Origin: Promethearchaeota archaeon
Lineage (GTDB): Archaea > Asgardarchaeota > Lokiarchaeia > Sigyniarchaeales > SOKP01
Assembly: GCA_016839745.1 (NCBI GenBank)
Contig: JAEOTS010000091.1
Span: 1-11,883, forward strand
Direction: 5' to 3'
DNA: 11,883 bases
The notes beneath the pieces were generated by a model. It saw only the letters and a list, made by a program, of their open reading frames with translations, had not been told where the DNA came from and made no database searches. A program made the position numbers and the translations under genes. Shown here piece by piece: positions 1-6,427 of this stretch. Within the stretch, counting starts at the first letter, position 1. Every line of letters begins with the position of its first letter.

Positions 1-17
1 ATATTCTGGTGAATGAA

Positions 18-755
18 TTATTCAAATTTCTTTGTATACTCTTTTAAATTATCCGGAGGCCAAGCTATAGGAGTAATACCGGTTCGAGTGTACCGATGAT
101 CACAACCTAAAGCACCGTTTGCAAGAGAGTTACTGCGTGTAAGCCCGAATCCTAAAACGTTTGCTTGAGCATAATCAAGAATACATGCAAAGGGGGCATA
201 TTTTTCTGCTCCTAATTTTTTGTATACTTTAAGAATTCCACATTCTGATACATTTAAACCATTATCGAAATCTTCATTAGAACCATCTACGAACTCCATA
301 ACCCAATTATCTGGATATTTCCTCTCCTGGGAATCTTCGCAATGCTTTCTTAAAGAATTGATGTAAGCATCATCAAAAAAGAGATCCAAAAGATTCATTC
401 CTTTCTTTTCAGCTCTTTCCATAGCGTTCTTAGTTTCTATTTCAGTGAATCTATAACTAAACTCTCCAATTTCTCTATATGTATATCCTTCCTTTTCAAG
501 GATGCGAAACATTGCTACTAAAGAAGCTTTACTTGCAAGAATTGAAATGAATAGATTTCTTTTTCCTCCGATATCAGGTAATTTTGTAAGTATATCTTCA
601 TATTCAAATCGCATTTGATTGATTAGCTCTTCCGATTTGGATTCATTATATCTTGGTAATAGAAGATTTTTAGCAATTTTCAAGGAATACTCAAAATTCT
701 TCATTAATAATGGTTTATTCTTTATGTAATAATCCTTAGCACTCTTACTTGACAT
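18..755 (-). CDS. L-2-amino-thiazoline-4-carboxylic acid (ATC) hydrolase family protein
   Basis: C-terminal pattern 'NWVMEFVDG..DFDNGLNVSECGI...APFACILDY...LTRSNSLANGALGCDHRY' has the three conserved Cys of the ATC_hydrolase family. Start moved from the track's GTG (764) to ATG at 755, because the GTG is part of a GTGA SD-like motif. Confidence 0.8.
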   Translation of the reverse strand: MSSKSAKDYYIKNKPLLMKNFEYSLKIAKNLLLPRYNESKSEELINQMRFEYEDILTKLPDIGGKRNLFISILASKASLVAMFRILEKEGYTYREIGEFSYRFTEIETKNAMERAEKKGMNLLDLFFDDAYINSLRKHCEDSQERKYPDNWVMEFVDGSNEDFDNGLNVSECGILKVYKKLGAEKYAPFACILDYAQANVLGFGLTRSNSLANGALGCDHRYTRTGITPIAWPPDNLKEYTKKFE

Positions 756-822
756 TATATTCACATTTTACAGATAATAGTGATTATTATTCTACTAGAA
801 AAAAAGCAGAGTTGTTATTAAA

Positions 823-852
823 TTTGATTTTTGATTTTTGATCAGTATCAGT
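823..852. repeat. Micro tandem repeats: (TTTGATT)x2 + TTTGATC overlapping (ATCAGT)x2
   Basis: Read directly from the sequence. The 6-mer duplication spans the ferredoxin stop codon. Confidence 0.6.
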
Positions 853-1129
853 AAGAAAATTCTGTATCCTCACACTCTTTGTTAATAGGATTTAAGCGAA
901 TTGCATTATTAGGGCATCGATGGAAGCAAACTGAACATCCTCCACAAGATTGAATTGATTTTATGGTAATTGCTTTGCTTTCAGAATTAAATTTTCTTAT
1001 TTTTAATGGGCAATATTTAACACAAGTTCCACAGGATTGACAATTTTCCAAAATTGTAACAGCTTTGTACGATATTTTAGATAATTCTTTAATTGCCTTT
1101 TGTAAATCAGTTGAACATAAAACATCCAT
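848..1129 (-). CDS. 2x[4Fe-4S] dicluster ferredoxin-like protein
   Basis: Two complete CxxCxxCxxxCP motifs (CQSCGTCVKYCP and CGGCSVCFHRCP), the second followed by NNAI. Confidence 0.9.
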   Translation of the reverse strand: MDVLCSTDLQKAIKELSKISYKAVTILENCQSCGTCVKYCPLKIRKFNSESKAITIKSIQSCGGCSVCFHRCPNNAIRLNPINKECEDTEFSY

Positions 1130-1176
1130 AATATAATCAATAAAAATGGTCTAAAAGTTCAAAATCTCTAATATTT

Positions 1177-1207
1177 AAAAAAGAAAAAATGAATAAGAAT
1201 TTATTCA
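1177..1207 (-). terminator. Probable alba terminator (hairpin plus oligo-T)
   Basis: Perfect 7-bp inverted repeat TGAATAA-N4-TTATTCA (1190-1207), followed on the minus strand by TTTTTTCTTTTTT, about 50 nt after the alba stop. Confidence 0.5.
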
Positions 1208-1257
1208 AGAAATATCAAAAATAAGGATTTAAACCTTAATGTTGCACTACAACACAT

Positions 1258-1539
1258 TTACTTTTTTTGGGGTATAATCTCTATCTCTATTGATGAGACA
1301 TTGGTAGTAGTGCCATCATTATCGGTAATAGTTTCGGTAGTAATAAGAATTTCTCCGTAACTGCTTCCTTGGAGGAATTTATTCCTGAGGATTTCGGCAA
1401 CATCAACTGCTCGCGAAATTGATCTTCCCCGCGCTAGTAATTTTACTGGTTTTTCACTCAAAACTAACATTGCGGCCATGACATAATCCATTGATTTCTT
1501 TTTACCAATAAACACTTTTGAATCATCTTTTTTAGCCAT
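1258..1539 (-). CDS. albA: DNA/RNA-binding protein Alba (Sac10b family)
   Basis: Alba signature motifs VFIGKK..MDYV, ARGRSISRAVDVAEILRNKFL and VSSIEIEI, at the typical length of 93 aa. Confidence 0.96.
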   Translation of the reverse strand: MAKKDDSKVFIGKKKSMDYVMAAMLVLSEKPVKLLARGRSISRAVDVAEILRNKFLQGSSYGEILITTETITDNDGTTTNVSSIEIEIIPQKK

Positions 1540-1769
1540 ACTAATTCACTCTTCAATCTCTTTTATCAGTTCTAGCTTTTATGATTAAAATTTCTTTTTT
1601 TTCAGTTTGTTTCTCTTCTGAGAGTTGTTTTTTGAGTAGCAAAACATCTCTGTCTAGCTAAGGTTAACTAGCTTAAGCGATGATTTAAAGATTATGATCT
1701 TTTTTTGAATTTGTAAGAGGAGTATTAAAAATTGTTTTTTCAATCAATTAATAAAAAATCAAATCTCTA

Positions 1770-2546
1770 TTATTCAAATTTTTTTTTAAATTCTTGAATA
1801 AACTTCTCCTTATCCTGGTGTTCATACCATCCAGAAGCAATTTTCTCTATTTCATAAGCATCCGTATAAGATTTATCTAAGAAATGATTACTACATAGTT
1901 TAATTGCGTGTAGAACAGTTTGATTTTTTGAGAAGAGGAAGCGCGCTTTTTTCATGGATTCTTCAATTAATTGGTCTTTCGTATTTACAATTTGGTCTAT
2001 CAATCCGATCTCGAGAGCTTTAATCGCGCTTATCTTTTCACCAAACATGAGCATCTTTTTTGTCCATGGAATTCCTATTATTTTTGAAAATAGAATTACG
2101 CATCCCGTTCCAGGAAAGATTCCCGAGACAATTTCTGGCATCTGAAAGAAACTGGTTTTAACGGCAATTCGATAATCACAGCAAATCGAGAACACAACCC
2201 CCTCTCCCATTGTTCTACCATTAATAGCACATATTGCTGGTTTTCCATTGAACAATAATTTACATATATCTGCAGCAGTTCCTTCAAGCTTTTTAACTGC
2301 GACATGATCAGCACCGTCAATAGCGTCTAAATCCATACCCGTACTGAAAGAAGAACCATTATTTGTTAAAACTAAACCCCTTATTTTGCTTTTCTCTTGA
2401 CAGTGTTCTATAGCTTTTTTTAAATACCATAGTTGATCTTGTGAAAAAGCATTTGATCTTTGAGTTCTATCAAGCGTAATAATGCCGAATCGTTTTTTTA
2501 CAGAAAACTCGATATGCTCTCCAAAATCTAAATTATTAATAGACAT
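1770..2546 (-). CDS. Enoyl-CoA hydratase/isomerase (crotonase superfamily)
   Basis: Motifs ITLDR...NAF, FSTGMDL, KPAICAING, CDYRIA, FQMPE...GIFPG and A..ALEIGLID. Confidence 0.92.
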   Translation of the reverse strand: MSINNLDFGEHIEFSVKKRFGIITLDRTQRSNAFSQDQLWYLKKAIEHCQEKSKIRGLVLTNNGSSFSTGMDLDAIDGADHVAVKKLEGTAADICKLLFNGKPAICAINGRTMGEGVVFSICCDYRIAVKTSFFQMPEIVSGIFPGTGCVILFSKIIGIPWTKKMLMFGEKISAIKALEIGLIDQIVNTKDQLIEESMKKARFLFSKNQTVLHAIKLCSNHFLDKSYTDAYEIEKIASGWYEHQDKEKFIQEFKKKFE

Positions 2547-2606
2547 AAATAAAATTTATTTTCTTTCAATAAAAAATAATAATATTGAGAGTGTATTGAA
2601 ATTAAA

Positions 2607-4724
2607 ATGCCTAAAACACTAGACGCTTTTACTAAGGAAGGAAATAACACTATAATTAGAAAGAAAGATCTAATAAAATCTTCTAATTTAAAAAAAGAAT
2701 TTTTAGAAATCAATCAACATCTTTATGGAAAATTAAAATACACAGAAACCGATACAAGAGCTCGTTCCAAAGAAATAATAAATCTGATTTTATGTAAGTT
2801 GGTTGATGAAAAAAATAATTCTTCACCCGATTCAGTTATGGCATTCAGCATTCGAAATGATGAAGAAAGCCATGAGCTGCTTGATCGTCTTAAGCTATTC
2901 TTTAAAGAGAAGTTAAAAAACAAATACAAAGATATTATTGATGAAAATGAAAATATTAACTTAAATAAAGAATTGGTCGCTTTAGTTGTTGAGAAATTAC
3001 AAAACATTTCTCTATTGGATTCCTCTAAGGATGTACTAGCAGATGCGTTTGAGGTTTTTGTAAGTAGGTTGTTAAAAGAAGCTGGAGGCCAGTTTTTCAC
3101 GCCAGCAAGTGTTGTAAAGTTTATGGTAAATTATTTGGATCCAGAGATAGATACTAGAATAATAGATCCCGCTTGTGGACACGGTGGTTTTTTATTAGAA
3201 TGTAAGGACCTCTTGTTATCAAAAATTAAACAGAAGTTTACCAATCAAAAGGAACTCATTGAATCAAATTACGCTGAAGTAATCTCTAATCTCTATGGGA
3301 TTGATAAAGATTCCTACTTAGCAAAAATCTGTAAGTTATACATAGATATTATAAGTCAAGGTAAATCTAATATATTTTGCGAGGATTCCTTAGATCCAAA
3401 TAATTATAGAAAACAAACTTTAGATATTATAAAAAATGACCACTTTGATTATGTGTTTACTAATCCTCCTTTTGGTGCTAAAATTCCTATTGATAATAAA
3501 GAAATATTACAAAAATTTGATTTAGCTCATAAATGGGATTATAAAGATGAATTATGGATTAGGCAAAATAAATTAATTAAAAAACAACCACCGCAGATTT
3601 TATTCATAGAAAGATGTGTTCAATTACTTAATAATGGTGGAAAATTAGGAATTGTTTTACCTGAAGGACTTTTTGGAAATCCTTCAAACAGATATATCTG
3701 GGAATATTTACGGAGAAAGGGTAAAATATTAGGAATAATTAGTTTAGATCAGAATGCATTTCAACCCTACACATGCAATAAAACTAGCATTCTTTTCTTT
3801 CAAAAATTAAAACTTATACCTGAAAATTATCAAATTAATTTTGCCATAGTCGATAATGTAGGGCATGATAAAGATGGAAAAGTACAATATAAATTAAATA
3901 AAGACGGCAGTATCAAATATGATTTGGAGAACGAACCAATCATTAATAATGACCTATTAAATTTACATCTGAAAATCAATGAAAGTAATGAATTTAGCTA
4001 TTTAGAAGAACAAGATGTTTTTAAATTAAATATTAACCAAATTAAAAACAATATTTTTATACCCTCCTATTATACCGGCGTCGAAAAACCCCTCAAATCT
4101 TTAGAGGAGAACCAAAGCTTCATATTATTATCTGTTGCTGACTTAATTGAAAAAGGCATTATTTACACGAAAAATAAGGAATACCTTCCCAGAGGTGACG
4201 AAATTGGTTCTCAAGTTTATGGTTTAGGAGATGTTCCGTTCATACGTACCAGTGAAATTAATAATTGGGAGATTAATTTAAATTCCCATAAAAAAACGTC
4301 TGAGGAAGTCTATAACCAATTTAAAGAAAAACAAGATTTAGAAATCGGTGACATTCTTTTGGTTAAAGATGGTGGTCCAAATTTAATTGGGAAAACTGCA
4401 TATATAACTGAATTGGATACTAAAATAATCATTCAGAGCCATATTTACAAAATTAAGACACTTAAGAATAATGAGGATATTGATCCTTACCTTTTATTAT
4501 ACCTGTTAAATCTAAATATTGTTCAAAAACAGATTAGAGCAATAACTTTTGTTCAAGGAACTATTTCTACAATCGGAAATAGAATAATGGATGTAATTTT
4601 ACCAATTCCCTCCGATTTAAGTAAAAGAAAGGAAATTTCAAAACACATTAAAGAAATTATTGATAATAAAACAGAGAGTAGGAAGAAAATACTCAAACTC
4701 TCTATAAATTCTTTTGATGATTAA
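2607..4724 (+). CDS. N6-adenine DNA methyltransferase (HsdM/type IIG-like) fused to a single HsdS-type target-recognition domain
   Basis: Contains GGQFFTP (motif X), IIDPACGHGGFL (motif I, SAM binding), FDYVFTNPPFG (motif IV) and GGKLGIVLPEG. The C-terminal ~200 aa has TRD hallmarks: VPFIRTSEI, GDILLVKDG, IGKTAYI, DPYLLLYLLN and ILPIP followed by a helical tail. Confidence 0.9.
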   Translation: MPKTLDAFTKEGNNTIIRKKDLIKSSNLKKEFLEINQHLYGKLKYTETDTRARSKEIINLILCKLVDEKNNSSPDSVMAFSIRNDEESHELLDRLKLFFKEKLKNKYKDIIDENENINLNKELVALVVEKLQNISLLDSSKDVLADAFEVFVSRLLKEAGGQFFTPASVVKFMVNYLDPEIDTRIIDPACGHGGFLLECKDLLLSKIKQKFTNQKELIESNYAEVISNLYGIDKDSYLAKICKLYIDIISQGKSNIFCEDSLDPNNYRKQTLDIIKNDHFDYVFTNPPFGAKIPIDNKEILQKFDLAHKWDYKDELWIRQNKLIKKQPPQILFIERCVQLLNNGGKLGIVLPEGLFGNPSNRYIWEYLRRKGKILGIISLDQNAFQPYTCNKTSILFFQKLKLIPENYQINFAIVDNVGHDKDGKVQYKLNKDGSIKYDLENEPIINNDLLNLHLKINESNEFSYLEEQDVFKLNINQIKNNIFIPSYYTGVEKPLKSLEENQSFILLSVADLIEKGIIYTKNKEYLPRGDEIGSQVYGLGDVPFIRTSEINNWEINLNSHKKTSEEVYNQFKEKQDLEIGDILLVKDGGPNLIGKTAYITELDTKIIIQSHIYKIKTLKNNEDIDPYLLLYLLNLNIVQKQIRAITFVQGTISTIGNRIMDVILPIPSDLSKRKEISKHIKEIIDNKTESRKKILKLSINSFDD

Positions 4725-4725
4725 T

Positions 4726-5163
4726 ATGAAGATAGAAAAATTTAAAATGCAATATTACGATGAAATTGTAGAATTATGGAGAAGAACAGGAATTGGAGTG
4801 GGGTCATCAGACACTAAGGATGAAGTAGCAGCAGTTCTAGCTCGAAATCCTAATCTTTTCTTAATCGGAAAAGAGGATGGAAAAGTATTAGCAGGAGTCA
4901 TAGGCACTTTCGATGGACGCAGAGGTTATGTTCACCATCTTGCTGTAGATCCAGATTACCAGAAAATGGGATATGGTAAAATGATAATGGACGAGTTAAT
5001 TGAACTATTTCGCAACTTAAAAGTTCATAAACTTCATTTGTTCATTGAAAAAACAAATAGAAATGTCGTGGAATTCTACAATAAATTAGGGTGGGAGATC
5101 AGAGATGATCTTGTAATGATGAGTTATGTTCCAAATAAAGAGTTATACAAGAGAAATATTTAG
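4726..5163 (+). CDS. GNAT family N-acetyltransferase (YpeA-like)
   Basis: DGRRGYVHHLAVDPDYQKMGYGK (motif A, QxxGxG) and N..VVEFYNKLGW. The start is probably ATG 4726, 1 nt after the MTase TAA, or ATG 4717, which overlaps the MTase end. Confidence 0.9.
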   Translation: MKIEKFKMQYYDEIVELWRRTGIGVGSSDTKDEVAAVLARNPNLFLIGKEDGKVLAGVIGTFDGRRGYVHHLAVDPDYQKMGYGKMIMDELIELFRNLKVHKLHLFIEKTNRNVVEFYNKLGWEIRDDLVMMSYVPNKELYKRNI

Positions 5164-5241
5164 AGTATTATTAGCAAAATTGTAGAGCATACCTATTTAA
5201 TCGAAAAGAATTTGAAAAAAAAGGAAGATTATACTAAAAGT

Positions 5242-6264
5242 TTAAGGAATTTTTGCACTTAAGTTTTTTAATATTTCTTCTGCCTGTTTTGAGAAATTAG
5301 TAATAATATCTCCTACATCCATTACGGAATCGATCATACCGCAAGTTTGACCTGCAGGAACAGCCCCATTATCTACATCTCCTTGTGTATACACGATTTC
5401 GTAGCGATAAAGATCTTCTCGAAATGAATCCAAATCATACGCTAATTCTTGAGAGATTTTCTCTTCTTTTGACATGATTTTTCCATGTTCAAGGCAATAT
5501 TTATTTTTCAATAGCCTTATCGGTCCAAATCCTCCCGTAGTAATCATTGTATCTCGAGCTGTTGCTGGTAGAATTAGTGCTTTATAATTTGGATGGAATT
5601 CACTTTCAGTTGATGCTATAAATCTCGTTCCCATAGCAACAGCATCTGCGCCCATAGCTAATCCCGCAGCTACACTTTCTGGACTTGCGATACCTCCACA
5701 AGCAACTAACAGTTTTTCGGGATATTTTTGAGCTACTTGTGAAACTAGTACTAATGTAGTAATCCCTTCATAGCTTTGATGACCGCCTCCTTCAGTCCCA
5801 GTCGCACACACTCCATCACAACCTGCTGCAAATGATTTATCTACTAACCATAAAGCAGGAGAGACGTGGAAATGTTTTACATTTGGAGTTTTTTCTTTCA
5901 ACAATTTACTCGCAAATGTTGAACCTCCTGCACTTGTAATAATGTAAACTAATTGTTCGCGAAGTTTTGGATTCTGCTTAATATTTTGGATAATTTTTCT
6001 TAACATTATTTTATGATCGGTTTGGATTCGAGCTGTTCGAACATTTACACCAAAAGGCTTATCTGTATGCTCAAGAACATATTCTAACTGTGTAATCATG
6101 TCTTTTACAGAATTTTTTCCCTGTAAAGTCGCATGACTTACTACACCAAGCCCCCCCGCTTCAGAAACGGCAACTGTTAGTTTAGTTGTGTAAAAAGGGC
6201 CCATCGGAGCGCTTATTATTGGATATTTAAGCCCAAATAATTCAGTTAATCTTGTCTTTATCAT
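5242..6264 (-). CDS. Nitronate monooxygenase / FabK-like FMN-dependent enoyl reductase family
   Basis: Motifs TRLTELFGLKYPIISAPM, AVSEAGGLG, TDKPFGVN, EGGGH (catalytic His), CGGIA, AMGADAVAMGTRF and AGQ..GMI. An AAGGA motif lies upstream of the start. Confidence 0.9.
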   Translation of the reverse strand: MIKTRLTELFGLKYPIISAPMGPFYTTKLTVAVSEAGGLGVVSHATLQGKNSVKDMITQLEYVLEHTDKPFGVNVRTARIQTDHKIMLRKIIQNIKQNPKLREQLVYIITSAGGSTFASKLLKEKTPNVKHFHVSPALWLVDKSFAAGCDGVCATGTEGGGHQSYEGITTLVLVSQVAQKYPEKLLVACGGIASPESVAAGLAMGADAVAMGTRFIASTESEFHPNYKALILPATARDTMITTGGFGPIRLLKNKYCLEHGKIMSKEEKISQELAYDLDSFREDLYRYEIVYTQGDVDNGAVPAGQTCGMIDSVMDVGDIITNFSKQAEEILKNLSAKIP

Positions 6265-6427
6265 TTTTTTTCCTTAATAGATTTCTTATTATGATAGTTA
6301 ATACTACCCTTTTGGGATTAAAAAATCTTTTTTATATCTTAATAAAAATGTCTAAAATTAGTAAAAAATATTTTAAGGAATAATAATTGGATGTTATTAA
6401 CTTAACCTACGAGCATAAGTGATTATA

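Noticed and set aside
818-850. Selenocysteine read-through of the ferredoxin UGA codons
   Set aside because: Both Fe-S motifs are already complete with Cys, the extension is repeat-derived, and I recognised no SECIS-like structure downstream.
1954-2320. ORFs 1954..2145 (+) and 2096..2320 (-)
   Set aside because: Antisense or alternative-frame shadows inside the crotonase gene, with no recognisable motifs.
2528-3100. ORFs 2528..2713 (-) and 2723..3100 (-)
   Set aside because: Antisense to the MTase. The Phe/Leu/Ser-rich composition is what the reverse of Lys/Glu-rich coding sequence produces.
2547-5241. MTase-GNAT region as a mobile element or defence island
   Set aside because: No integrase, transposase, terminal inverted repeats, target-site duplication or tRNA anchor was seen.
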